A stretch of 64,000 nt of DNA from NCBI RefSeq assembly GCF_009914755.1, contig NC_060928.1; one strand, given 5' to 3'. The position numbers and the translations under genes are program-made. Origin of the DNA: the human T2T-CHM13v2.0 reference genome, Homo sapiens. Below are positions 12,553 to 25,210 of the stretch, piece by piece (within the stretch, counting starts at the first letter, position 1; each line of letters starts with the position of its first letter). The notes beneath the pieces were generated by a model that ran no database searches, was not told where the DNA came from, and saw nothing but the letters and a program-made list of their open reading frames with translations.

Positions 12553-13372
12553 AGGGAAAAGGGGAGACTTCTTTGAGATCCCTGGTTTTTTTAATGAAGA
12601 CTTTATATGGCTTACCCTGTGAGAAATGTTAAATTTCTGGACAATCCTTGGCTAACCAGATCTGTATATTAGTACGTTCCAAGTTGTTCAGCAGAACAGC
12701 AGACAAATTACTTTTATTTTTAATTTCAATACTCTTTGCTTTAGAAACAATTTTGCTGTGGCACTTCCTAGTCTGTGACTCTGTCTTGAAAAGGGCTGGA
12801 ACTCAGGCTGCGTAGACATACATATTTCATTTATCTGGTCTTCAACTTAAACATTCACCTCTTTATAAAAACTTCTCTGTAATTCTGAAGGTAATTCCCC
12901 TTTTTTTGATGGAGTTCAAAAATTGCTGACTTGCACTGTTGGGAAATCATCACTGACTGTGATTTCATTTTCCATACTTTCATATTTACATCCACCTGCT
13001 TTTTCTGTTCAGTGGGAGACAAGCAGTTGGAGCCAACCTTCTGAGCTTCTTCAAAAAGGCTATCAACAAAATATTCACAATTTGTTGATTATCACTGAGA
13101 GATTGATTGTCAGATACTGTTTCACAAACCCATCTTCTTTTATACTTTCGAGATTATCTACCTCTTTCATTCTCTTTTGTCTTATGCTGGGCAGGGTCTC
13201 CTGGCCTCAGCCTCACTCAGCTCAGAGGCCACGAGCACCCTTTGGCCCCGGGCTCCGTCTGGAGCCCGCTGCTCCAGACCTCCTTAGGTTCCGCCGCGGC
13301 ACAGCTAGGATCCTGACGGACTCTCTAGGTCTCTGCCAGGCACCAGACACCAAAAGCATGCTGATGTAGTCT
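12553..13372 (-). pseudogene. Processed pseudogene of UBXN2A (5'UTR and most of the CDS, 3' end missing)
   Basis: ATG at 13170 begins MKEVDNLESIKE..WVCET, EYFVDSLFEEAQKV, SPTEQKKQVDVN, HRLGSAT.KIVSKAK, NIQIWLA and QGSQRSLPFS, matching recalled UBXN2A. Intronless and frameshifted, with a GC-rich 5'UTR at 13171-13372. Confidence 0.9.
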
Positions 13373-13384
13373 CAATTGATTTGT

Positions 13385-14097
13385 TTTTAAATTGGTAATT
13401 AAACCTCCACCTTTATTGAAAGATCATTTGGAAGATTTTGTTCTCATACTCGGTCAGTTAATAAACATATGATTTGTCAAAAGATAGATTTTAGAAACAT
13501 TTTATGAATTCAAAAAATTTGAGGGAAATATTTGGGTTGTTTTAGAAGCTCTGTCAAGATGTAGTTTTAATCAAGAAACTTATGTCAAAAGTTTAAGAAT
13601 CAAGCCTTAATATTATTCTTGCAGATGTCCTTGGTAAAATCTGCTGGTGGGGATAATTAAAATACACATTGTATATACTTTGTATTTCCTTTTTGGCCTT
13701 TTTTTTTTTTTTAATGGAGTCTAACTGTCACCCAGGCTGGAGTGCTAGAGTGCAGTGGCACAATCTTGGCTCACCACAACCTCTGCCTTCCAGATGGAAG
13801 CAATTCTCGTGCCTCAGCCTCCTGAGTAGCTGGGACTACAGGTGTGCCCCACCACGCCTGGCTAATTTTTTTGTATTTTTATTAAAGATGGGGTTTCACC
13901 ATGTTGGCCAGGCTGGTCTTGAACTCCTGACCTCAGGTGATCTCTCTACCTTGGCCTCCCAAAGTGCTGGGATTACAGGTATGAGCCCCTGTGCCCAGCC
14001 CAGTGTGGAGCTTCTATTCACTCCTTTCTATGTACCTGTGGTTCTGTCAGAATTAAGTGATCAAATAACATAAATGGAGATGGTAAAAAAATGTGAT
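13385..14097 (+). pseudogene. Degenerate UGT2B exon-1 relic B (middle and 3' part), split by an Alu
   Basis: KLCQDVVLIKKLMSKV*ESSLNIILADVLG before the Alu and [26 protein letters not shown] after it. Truncated by an L1 at about 14100. Confidence 0.85.
13699..14000 (-). mobile_element. AluSx-like element
   Basis: Poly(T) plus a full Alu reverse complement. No clear TSD. Confidence 0.92.
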
Positions 14098-14099
14098 AA

Positions 14100-15805
14100 G
14101 ACATCAGAAAGATAGTGGGATAGAAAGCCAGCAACTCATGTCTCCCCTTGCAACAATAAGAATTTTTCACACAACCACAGATAAAAGACTCTTTAGTTTT
14201 GGTATTCAGGTAGGATGTTGTGAAACCCCTGTGTAGCCCAAGACCTAGCAAGGGCATTTTGAGAATACATAACAGAACTCAGGTATTAGACTCACTTATA
14301 ATGCCAGAAACAGCCCCATTTCCCAAAAAGCTTGTCTACAGCCCTGTTTGGCCTTGAGCCTGTAATCAAAATTATCTTCCCAGGAGTCCAGGAGGAATCA
14401 TACTCACTAGTGCCTTAGCAGAAAAGCTTATCTGTCCACCAACATTGGTCTCAGCAGCAGAATTGACAGTTATCCTGTAACTCAGGGGAAACCCCTTCAG
14501 TTGTGGTGCCAGATTATTACTGCTTGGGCAAGGACATAGAAGCAGATTTACCCATGTCTTTCAGTCCAGTAATTACCTGTTCATCTGAGTGTGTGACAGG
14601 CCTGTCAATCTTCATTCAAACACAAATTATGAGGAAGCCTAGTTTCAGCTCTAGCCCTTCTGGCTGCAGTTGGAGAACTATCCTACCCACATAGGAAAGT
14701 GCTGGGGGTTGCTTGTCCACCTGCTAATGAGGTCGGCTCACCATCCTCCTTCTGCAGTAAGTCCCTAGGGAGCCCAGCCCCAGCTCCAACCTTCCTTTCT
14801 GCAGTCAGGGACCTTCCCTGCTCGTGCAGAAAACTATTGGGAAGCACATTTGCCTGGGCCACCATCCAGGCTCACCAGTCTCTGCTCCCAGAGCATATTC
14901 TGGGAGTGGGAAGGGCAGTCTCGACTCAAACCCCTCTTGCTACATTCAAAGAACTGCTTCTACTTTTCAAGAAAGACAAAAGAGACAAGAGACAAAAGAG
15001 CAGAAGGCTATTCAAAGAAATAATAGCGGAAAACTTTCATAACTTGGAGAAGATATAAACATCCAGGTAGAGTTAGGTAAAATTAACCGATAAGATACAA
15101 CATAAATAAGATTACTCTAATATATATTATAATCAAACTCTCAAAAGTCAAAGACAAGCTGCTGAAAGCAGCAAGATAAAAGAAGTAAAATGCATGTAAA
15201 GGAATTACAAGACATCTGGCAACAGACTTCTCTGGAGAAACCTTGTCAGCCATGATAGTGTCAGACAATACATTCAGAGTACCTAAGGCAAAACAAAACA
15301 AAACAAAACAAAACAAAACCTGCCAATCAAAAATACTGCATCCAGTATTAGAAATGCTATCCTTTAGAAATGAAGTAGAGATAAAGACTTTCCAGACAGA
15401 CTGAGTAAATCTAGCATCACCAGACATGTCCTACAAGAAATACAAAAATGAGTTATTCAAACTGAAGGAAAAAGATGTTTTTGCATAACAAGAAATCATC
15501 TGAAGACAGAAACTTCACTGGAAAATGTAAGTAGGAAGGCAAATTCAGAATACTCTAATACTGTAATTGTAGTGTGTAAACCACTTACATCTTCAGTATA
15601 AATACTAAAAGACAAAACAATAAAAAGTAATAATAACTACAAAAATTTATTAAGAGATTGGAAATATAAAAAATGTAAATTGTGGCATCGAAAACTTAAA
15701 ATACAAGGGAATATTACAGTTAAAGTATACAGGGGTTTTTTTTGCTTCTCTTTCAAATCAAAGATAATTGTATTGGTTTAAAATAACTTTTTATAAGATA
15801 TTTTT
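14100..15805 (+). mobile_element. Old L1M 5'UTR, ORF1 and inter-ORF fragment
   Basis: Starts GACATCAGAAAGATAGTGG. ORF1p-like FKEIIAENFHNLEK. Ends in the inter-ORF motif TTTAAAATAAC..TATAAGATATTTTT. Confidence 0.75.
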
Positions 15806-18800
15806 CTCTCCATTCCAAGATGGCTGAACAGGAACAGCCCCGGTCTGCAACTCACAGCATGATGGATGCAGAAGATAGGTGATTTCTGCATTTCCAATGG
15901 AGGTACCTCGTTAATCTCTTTGGGACTGGATGGACAGTGGGTGCAGGCCACGGAGGGTGAGCTGAAGTGTAAGGGGTCAGGGTGTTTCCCTTTCCTAGCA
16001 AGGGAAGCTGTGACAGACTGTACCTGGAAAAATGGGGCACTCCTGCCCAAATATTGCACTTTTCCCAGGGTCTTAGCAACTGGCAGACAAGGAGATTCTC
16101 TCCCGTGCCTGACTTGGGGGGGTCCCATGCCCATGGAGCCTTGCTCTCTGCTAGCACAGCAGTCTGAGATCAAATTGTGAGGCAACAGCCTGGCTGCAGG
16201 AGGGGTATCCATCATTGCTGAGGCTTGAGTAGGTAAACAAAGCAGCCGAGAAGCTTGAACTGGGTGGAGTGCATGGAAGTTCAGCAAGCCCTACTGCCTC
16301 TAGACTCCACCTCTGTGGACAGGACATAGCTGAACAAAAGGCAGCAGACAACTTCTGCAGACTTAAACGTCCCTGTCTGAGAGCTCTGGAGAGAGCAGTA
16401 GTTCTCCCAGCACGGAGTTTGAGCTCTGAGAACAGACAGACTGCCTTCTCAAGTGGGTCCCTGATCCCTGTGTAGCCTAACTGAGAGACATCTCCCAGTA
16501 GGGGCCAACAGACACCTCATGTAGGTGGGTGTGCCTCTGGTACGAAGCTTCTAGACGAAGGATCGGGCAGCAATATTTGCCGTTCTGCAATATTTGCTGT
16601 TCTGCAGCCTCCACTGGTGATACCCAGGCAAACGGGGTCTGGAGTGGACCTCCAGCAAACTCCAACAAACCTGCAGCTGAGGGACCTGTCTGTTAGAAGG
16701 AAAGCCAACAAACAGAAAGGAATAGCATCAACATCAACAAAGAGGACCTCCACACCAAAACCCCATCTGTAGGTCACCAACATCAAAGACCAAAGGTAGA
16801 TAAAACCACAAAGATGGGGAAAAACCAGAGCAGAAAAGCTGAAAATTCTAAAAATCAGAATGCTACTTCTCCTCAAAAGTATCACAGCTCCTCACCAGCA
16901 ACAGAACAAAGCTGGACAGAGAATGACTTTGACGAGTTGATAGAAGTAGGCTTCAGAAGGTCGTTAATAACAAACTTCTCTAAGCTAAAGGAGCATGTTC
17001 AAACCCATTGCAAGGAAGCTAAAAACCTTGAAAAAAAGGTTAGACAAATGGATAGTTAGAATAAACAGTGTAGAGAAGACCTTAAATGACCTGATGGAGC
17101 TGAAAACCATGGCACGAGAACTTCGTGATGCATGCACAAGGTTCAATAGCTGAATCAATCAAGTGGAAGAAAGGGTATCAGTGACTGAAGATCAAATTTA
17201 TGAAATAATTGTGAGAAGACAAGGTAAGAGAAAAAAGAAGAAAAAGAAATGAACAAAGCCTGCAAGAAATACAGGATTGTGTGAAGAGGCCAAATATACA
17301 TTAGATTGGTGTACCTGAAAGTGATAGGGAGAATGGAACCAAGTTGGAAAACACTCTTCAGTTTATTATCCAGGAGAACTTCCCCAACCTAGCAAGGCAG
17401 GCCAACATTCAAATTCAAGAAGTACAGAGAACACCATAAAGATAATCCTCGAGAAGAGCAAACCCAAGGCACATAATTGTCAGGTTCACCAAGGTTGAAA
17501 TGCAGGAAAAAATGTTAAGGGCAGCCAGAGAGAAAGATCGGGTTACCCACAAAGGGAAGCCCATCAGACTAACAGCAGCTCTCTCAGCAGAAACTCTACA
17601 AGCCAGAAGAGGGTGGGGGTCAATATTCAACATTCTTAAAGAAAAGAATTTTCAACCCAGAATTTCATATCCAGCCAAACTAAGCTTCATAAGTGAAGGA
17701 GAAATAAAATCCTTTACAGACAAGCAAATACTGAGAGATTTTGTCACCACCAGAACTGCCTTAAAAGAGCTCCTGAAGGAAGCACTAAATATGGAAAGGA
17801 ACAACTGGTACTAGCCACTGCAAAAACATGCCAAATTGTAAAGACCATTGATGTTAGGAAGAAACTGCATCAACTAACAGGCAAAATAACCAGCTAACAT
17901 CACAATGACAGGATCAAATTCACACATAACAATATTAACCTTAAAGGTAAATTGGCTAAATGCCCCAGTTAAAAGACAAAGACCGGCAAATTGAATAGAG
18001 TCCAGACCCATCAGTGTGCTATATTCAGGAGACCCATCTCACGTGCAGAGACACACATAGGCTCAAATAAAGGGTTGGAGGAAGATCTAACAACCAAACG
18101 GAAAACAAAAAAAAGCAGGGGTTGTAATCCTAGTCTCTGATAAAACAGACTTTAAATCAACAAAGATCAGGAGACAAAGAAAGCCATTACATAATGATAA
18201 AGGGATCAATTCAACAAGAAGAGATAACTATTCTAAATATATATGCACTGAATACAGGAGCACCCAGATTCATAAGGCAAGTCCTTGGAGACCTACAAAG
18301 AGACTTAGGCTCCCACACGATAGTAAAGGGAGACTTTAACACCCCACTGTCAATATTAGACACATCCATGAAACAGAAGGTTAACAAGGATATCCAGGAC
18401 TTGAACTCAGCTCTGCAACGAGCAGACCTAATAGACATCTACAGAACTCTCCACCCAAAAGTCAACAGAATATGCATTCTTCTTGGAACCACATCACACT
18501 TGTTCCAAAACTGACCACATAGTTGGAAGTAAAGCCCTCCACAACAAATGTAAAAGAACAGAAATAACAACAAACTGTCTCTCAGACCACAGTACACTGA
18601 AATTAGAACTCAGGATTAAGAAACTCACTCAAAACCACACAACTACATGGAAACTCAACAACCTGCTCCTGCATGACTACTGTGTAAATAACAAAATGCA
18701 GGCAGAAGTAAAGATGTTCTTTGACACCAATGAGAACAAAGACACAATATACCATAATCTCTGGGACACCTTTAAAGCAGTGTGTAGAAGGAAATTTATA

Positions 18801-19020
18801 GTACTAAATGCCCACAAAAGAAAGCAAGAAAAATCTAAAATCAACACCCTAACATCACAATTAAAAGAACTAGAGAAGCAAGAGTAAACACATTCAAAAG
18901 CTAGCAGAAGGCAAGCAATACCTAAGATTAGAACAGAACTGAAGGAGATAGAGACACACAAAAAAACCCTTCAAAAAAATCAATGAATCCAGGAGCTGGT
19001 TTTTTGAAAAGATCAACAGC
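15806..19020 (+). mobile_element. L1PA6/7-like element, 5' half (5'UTR, disrupted ORF1 from 16814, ORF2 endonuclease region)
   Basis: 5'UTR starting CCAAGATGGCTGAACAGGAACAG, ORF1p MGKNQSRKAENSK, and ORF2 fragments 18194-18887. Ends abruptly at 19020. Confidence 0.95.
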
Positions 19021-19835
19021 AAGTATTGTAGAACAGCAAACATTGCTGCCTGATCCTTCCTCTGGAAGCTTCATCTCAGAGGGGCACCTGGCTGCATGAG
19101 GTGTCAGTTGGCCCCTACTCAGAAGTGTCTCCCAGTTAGGCTACCCAGGGGCCAGAGACCCACTTGAGGAGGCAGTCTGTCCATTTCAGAGCTCAAACAC
19201 CATGGTGGGAGAACCACTGCTCTCTTCAGAGCTGTCAGACAGGGATGTTTAAGTCTGCAGAAGCTTCTGCTGCCTTTTGTTCAGCTATGCCCTGCCAGCA
19301 AAGGTGGAGTCTACAGAGGTAGGCAGGCCTCCTTGAGCTGTGGTGGGCTCCACCCAGTTCAAGCGTCCTGGCTGCTTTGTTTACCTACTCAAGCCTCAGC
19401 AATGGCGAATGCCCCTCCCCCAGCCAGTCTGCCTCCTTGCAGTTGGATCTTGGACTGCTGTGCTAGCAGTGAGCAAGGCTCCATGGGCATGGGACCCACT
19501 GAGCCAGGCATGGGATGTAATCTCCTGGGTGTGTCATTTGCTGAGACCATTGGAAAAGTGCAGTATTAAGGTGGGAGTGTCCTGATTTTCCTGGTAGAGT
19601 CTGTCATGGCTTCCCCTGGCTAGGAAAGGGAAATCCCCCAACCCCTTGCACCTCCGGGGTGAGGCGATGCCCCGCCCAGCTTCAGCCTGCCTTCCGTGGG
19701 CTGCACCCACTGTCCAACCAGTCCCAGTGAGATGAACCAGGTACCTCAGTTGAAAATGCAGAAATCACCCATCTTCTGCATTGATCATGCTGGGAGCTGC
19801 AGACCAGAGCCGTTCCTGTTCAGCCATCTTGGTTC
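19021..19835 (-). mobile_element. L1PA6/7-like 5'UTR only, inverted relative to the adjacent L1
   Basis: The reverse complement begins CCAAGATGGCTGAACAGGAACGGCTC and forms an imperfect inverted repeat with about 15812-16600. Confidence 0.92.
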
Positions 19836-19840
19836 ATCAC

Positions 19841-20705
19841 TATAGACACGTTACAAAGGAAGATATACAAGCAGCCAACAAGCATATGAACAAAAAGGTC
19901 AATATCACTGATCATTAGGGAAATGCAAATTGTAACCACAGTGAGATACCACTGATCATTAGATAAATGCAAATCAAAACCACAGTGAGATACTATTTCA
20001 CACAAGTAAGAGTGGCTATAATTAGTCAAAAAATAGCAGATACTGGTGAGGTTGCAGAGCAAAGGGAACATTTATACACTGTTGGTGGAAGTATAAATTA
20101 GTTCAACCATTGTGGAAAGAGGTGTGGTGATTACTCAAAAAGCTAAAAGCAGAACTACCATTTGACCCAGCAGTCCTATTACTGGATATATGCCCAAAGG
20201 AATATGTATCATTCTACCATAAAAACACATGTACATTTATGTTCATTGCAGCACTGTTCACAATAGGAAAGATATGGAATCACCTAAATGCCCATCAGTG
20301 GTAGACTGGATAAAGAATATATGGTACATATACACCATGGAATACTATGCAGCCATAAAAAAGACTGAGATCATGTACTTTGCAGGCACATGGATGGAGC
20401 TGGAGACCATCATCCTTAGCAAACTAACACAGGAACAGAAAACCAAATGCTGCATGTACTCACTTATGAGGAGGAGCTAACTGATGAGAACACATGGATG
20501 CAAAGAGACAACAGACACTGGGGTCTACTTGAGGGTGGAGTATTGGGAAGAAGAATAGGATCAGAAAAAATAACTATTGGGTCCTAGGCTTTGTACCTGG
20601 GTGATGAAGTAGTCTGCACAGCAAACTCCCGTGACAGGAGATCAGCTATATTAGAAGCCTGCACTTTTACCCCTGAACCTAAACTATAAGTTAAAAAAAA
20701 AAAAC
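19841..20705 (+). mobile_element. Older L1PA/L1PB 3' end with an internal tandem duplication of about 45 bp (19904-19995)
   Basis: ORF2 C-terminal peptide [20 protein letters not shown], a 3'UTR and poly(A) at 20693. Confidence 0.88.
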
Positions 20706-20769
20706 TTAATAAAGAAACGTAAAGTCAAAAGTTTTGTGACTATTATGTCAAAATTATGTGCTTATCATT

Positions 20770-23190
20770 TTGCTGCTGTTCCTTTTTTAAAAAATGCATT
20801 TTTTTCTCTCTCTGTAAAATAATGGTGTTCCCTTTCCAATGCAAACATACTTTCAGATCCTAATCATTGGGGTAAACATTCTTTTTAAAACTACTGTTTA
20901 CAAAAGTAAAAATCTGACTTTGTCCATGCAGATCATCTATTGACAAGTATTTTTCAACAGCATAATTTTAACCTTATGACATCAGTTTTAATAGCAGTCA
21001 TTACATTATTATTCCAGGTGATTCATGGGACACCTGAGTACTCTGTATAATTGAAGTTATCTGTAGCCACATTTAATATGACATGTTCAATGTTTGGTCT
21101 CACAAGCTCACTGCTTAGAGTCTTCTTCATCCACCCAATATTGAAGTAATGAAATGGCTGTTAATAGATTCATCACTGATCTCATTCTGTGACATCTTTA
21201 TCAGAATAATATAAAATCAATGTAAGAAATTTTGTGAAATTATGAAAATTTAGAAAAAAATAAATTTCATTTATAAAATCTGTGTGCTTTCATTATGGTT
21301 TTATTCTATTTATATAACTCAATGTACATATATTATGTTTATATAAAATTTTTTTATCTCATTGCATATGTCTTTTCTTCCGACACAAAAATTGTGATAC
21401 TTTTCTGTTCATCATTATGTTGTGTAGTATTCAACAATACCTGTACTATGGCTGACAGTGTAATTTAACATTTTTTGATAAAACAATTGTAATGGCATGG
21501 TACACACATTGTATACATTTTAAATCATTTCTCAATGTAAAATATTTGAATTGTCTCCAGTGTTTATTTTATGAATGTCTGCCACAAATATTGAATCTGA
21601 CCATCGTGATTTAGTTGTTCTCTGTATAGTTTCATATGAGTATATTATGAAGCCAATGTCTATGTGCATTTTTATAATACTTAATACTTTTCCCCAAGTG
21701 TCTGATTCTTTTAAAATATGCAAACATTATCTGAGAATCTAATGCATAATGGAAAAGCAAGCAAATTTGTGACAACAATTATTTTATGTAAGAAGGAATT
21801 AGAGGACAGGCTGCACAACTATTGACTTGGATTGGAACCTACCTTCTGCAAATGAATAACAACAGCTAGTATTAGTATTTATCACCATTGTACTAATAGT
21901 CATTCTTGCCCTTGTCTTCCTTCTCCACCTACTCTCTTCCCCCTTCTAATGGCACCATCACTTTCCTCTATTGCGAAAGGGGAAATTTTTTGAGAATAAG
22001 GTTAGAGTGCATAGAATTTTCATTGGTCCTACCTCTGCCTTTGTCCTTTGGGAAATTACCACATAGAGCCTATGCAATTTTCATTCAACATAAACATTGG
22101 GATTTAACTCGACTAAGATTTCAGTTTTCTGTTGTTGCTAATAAGAAGGTAGACAAAAAGATCTCTTAAGACTTATATAATAAAGTAGTGAGGAATGCTT
22201 GCTTTCTACTTATGTCTCAAAAGAATAACATTAAAGTAAAATATATGAGGTTCTTTTGTTTCTTCATAAGGAAGATCATCCTATATCCTGGCATAATTCT
22301 TTGATAAATCTCAGTGTAGTTTTCAGATGCAAGTGGTAGACATTATTTGGATCTTATTATACATGCATTGTTCATTTTTTTTTTGGTGCTTCTCTGTCAG
22401 GCAGCTGTGATGATGAGTCCCAAGTTTCCCAGAGATTTTTACTGAGGTGTCCTATAGGCGTGGCATAAGGCAGAAAACATTAAAAGGGTAAACTGACCCT
22501 TTTATGCTCTAAGATATAAACCTCTGTGATCTCACTGACGAAAGTTTTAAATGCTAGAGTGAAAGCAAGTAAACATTGGCTTTGGCTGAGAATATTCTGG
22601 TGGCACACATTTATGTCGTTGATGAATAGTGTACCTTGAAAAGCCTTAACCCTTACATCGTTAGCATTTCATCTTGTTCATCTGACTGCCCAAAAATCTA
22701 TATTTAAACAAGTCCACAGGGGATCTGTTCTCTAGGACTTTGCTGGAGAACCTTGATGTGTTGGAAAACTGTTCCTATTAATAGAAAAATTATATCTCGA
22801 GTGGCTGGCATATGTTAACTAATGGATACTATTAATAGTAATAACAAAAATAAAAAATCATTACAATATTACTACTATTTGAATCACTATGTACGAGAGA
22901 CATTATAAGTGTTTTATCTGTATTAAGTATATTTTCAACACAACACAATAGGAAGAAATTGCCATTATTATAGAAGTAGGCATAATTATCTCTATCAACA
23001 TTCTAGTCCACTTTTCCATTATCTGTTGCATAAACTCATGCAAAATCTTCTAAATGATCTACGCTTTTCACAATCTGGCCTTTTTGTGATGTAATCCATT
23101 GACAACATTGAGAGCTTTTTAAAGAAAGGGAATCTGATCACATCTCTCCATTTCTTAACTCTGTGCAGTAGCTCCCCATTGCCCTTAATA
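20770..23190 (-). repeat. Pseudogene intron 2, paralogous to UGT2B15 intron 2 (about 61380-63740)
   Basis: Colinear shared blocks such as CCTAATCATTGGGG, CTGTAGCCACATTTAAT, CATAATGGAAAAGCAAGCAAATTTGT and ATCTGTTCTCTAGGACTTTGCT. Confidence 0.9.
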
Positions 23191-23866
23191 GACACTTCGA
23201 TCTCCTTATAATTATATTGCTTCCACTTACCTCTCTAGCAACATCTGCTACTTTACTCAGCTTTTTCCTGCATACTAATTAGAAATCTTAGGAACTGCCT
23301 TTACTTCACTACCTGCTTTTCTTTTTTTGTTTTCCTCTCCCCCTCTTCTTTTCACCTATTCCTGCACATTACTGAGGACTCACTTTACCAATGACTTTGA
23401 GATCTCTTCTAGATGTTTGCTTAGCATTGTGACCTTATAACACTTTTAGACTTTTCCTTTTTACTTGCTTATAGTCTATCTTTCAAAGTACAACGTAAGG
23501 CATGAGGGAGCAGAAAGTGCCTACATTTCTTCTCTGAAAATCGAGCACTTATCCATGGTTTATGCTGATCACTTCATAAACATTCTTTGAAGGAATGACT
23601 TATACTTTTTTTTTACTTTGCACAATGAAGGCTTTCATTGAATCAACCCTGTTTTCAGAGTCTCTTTAGTATCCCTCTTTGATATTTAATGACACTAAAG
23701 TTTACACAGTTGTGATGATATAGCAACATATGAGTTTCTAATGGTAGGTCGCTTTACTCGACCTCCCATATTTTCTCTTACTGTGAGTCAAACACTCTGA
23801 ATAAAAACATATCTGGCCATTCCTTCTGAAATGCAAAGCAAACAAATCAAACAGGAATAAATTTAC

Positions 23867-24005
23867 CTTAGGCAGGGTTTTGGCTGGTTTACAGTGGAGT
23901 TCCCCCACAAAATCGACATTTGGTAAGGGTGGGCGAAGAAATTCAAAATCCCAGTACAGTTGAATGAGCCACACTTCAGCTTTCCCCATTGTCTCAAATA
24001 ATGTA
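23867..24005 (-). pseudogene. UGT2B pseudogene exon 2 (splice acceptor and first 10 nt deleted)
   Basis: [46 protein letters not shown] followed by a gtaaat donor. Length is 139 nt against the usual 149, with no AG acceptor. Confidence 0.93.
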
Positions 24006-25210
24006 CATTAATAAAATAAATGTATACATATCTTTTTATATATAAGCATAACAATTTTCATATATTGCATGTTACTTATATATAAGGAAAGCAAAGTGTT
24101 CAGATAATTAAGAGGAAATTACATATTTAATGTAACATAAGTATATTCACAATCACAAATAGTTATTGAAATAAGCCACTATGGACTTAAATATGCATTT
24201 GTTTCCTCTCTAAAGTTGCAGTAGTAACCAATATAGATTTAAACAGCTCTTTGAGCTCCACGATTAATTCATCTTACTATACTTATAAAAACAGCTTTCT
24301 ACAAAGCACAAAATCTAGTTTCCACAATTTATCAAGTCAGTCCCTTGATCCTTGGTTCTCCAAGTGAACTGTGAGTTTTCTGAGAGTATGGCTGAAATCC
24401 TTGAACATACTACTGCTTCTAGTTCATGTTAAGATTTTAATGATATTAGTTGTAAAATACATACATTTAAAAATGATAGCTAGTATATATTCAGAATTTA
24501 TTGAAACAGAGATATGTGCTCCCCCTTAACTTGGCCCATATTTTCCCTAATAAAGAGAAGTAGTTCAATAAAATATAGATTAAAAGCTTGAATGTTCACT
24601 TTCAACAAGGTTTCAGTTCACAAAGCAAATAATTTCCAAGTTGTTAGTGAACTATGAACAAACACTAGAAACCTCAAATTTTAGGTTTCTGTTTCTGAAA
24701 TAGAGCCAGTATACCTCTCAACTGTGAAGGAATCCTTCTGTTTATAGAGAAAAATATTTTAATACCTAAATAAGAAAAGTGAGGTACACAAAGAGAAACA
24801 ATTTTCTCAATGCTGCATTAATAGTTATGCTAGAAATATGTGTAGCTCCTCATCTAAATGTCTGCCTTCATCAAGTTGTTTATTGATATATGTATTGCCT
24901 TTTTTAAAGATGAAAAAAGTATAGTAAAATACTTATATAGTTGCTTAAAGAAATCATAAGTGCTTTACTTTGTAGTTTTTTTTTTTTAATTCCTGTAGTG
25001 TCCTATAGGAGCGATGGCCAAAGGGTTCTAGCTGAGCCTATAATATCAACATTTCTATAATATTTGTGAGATTGATAGATCATCTTACATTTGCCATTCA
25101 TCATTTCATTTAAACAACACTATCTTCTTACATTATATTTATATACGCTCACCTTCAAAGGCAAAAGGAAAGTTAGAACTTATTAACCATTGATTAGAAA
25201 CATGACTTAC

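Noticed and set aside
12923-13369. 148-aa plus-strand ORF
   Set aside because: It is antisense to the UBXN2A retrocopy, lacks an ATG start and has no recognisable homology.
19402-19569. L1 ORF0-like peptide MANAPPPASLPPCS
   Set aside because: It is frameshifted, the first splice donor appears mutated, and it is a generic L1 5'UTR feature.
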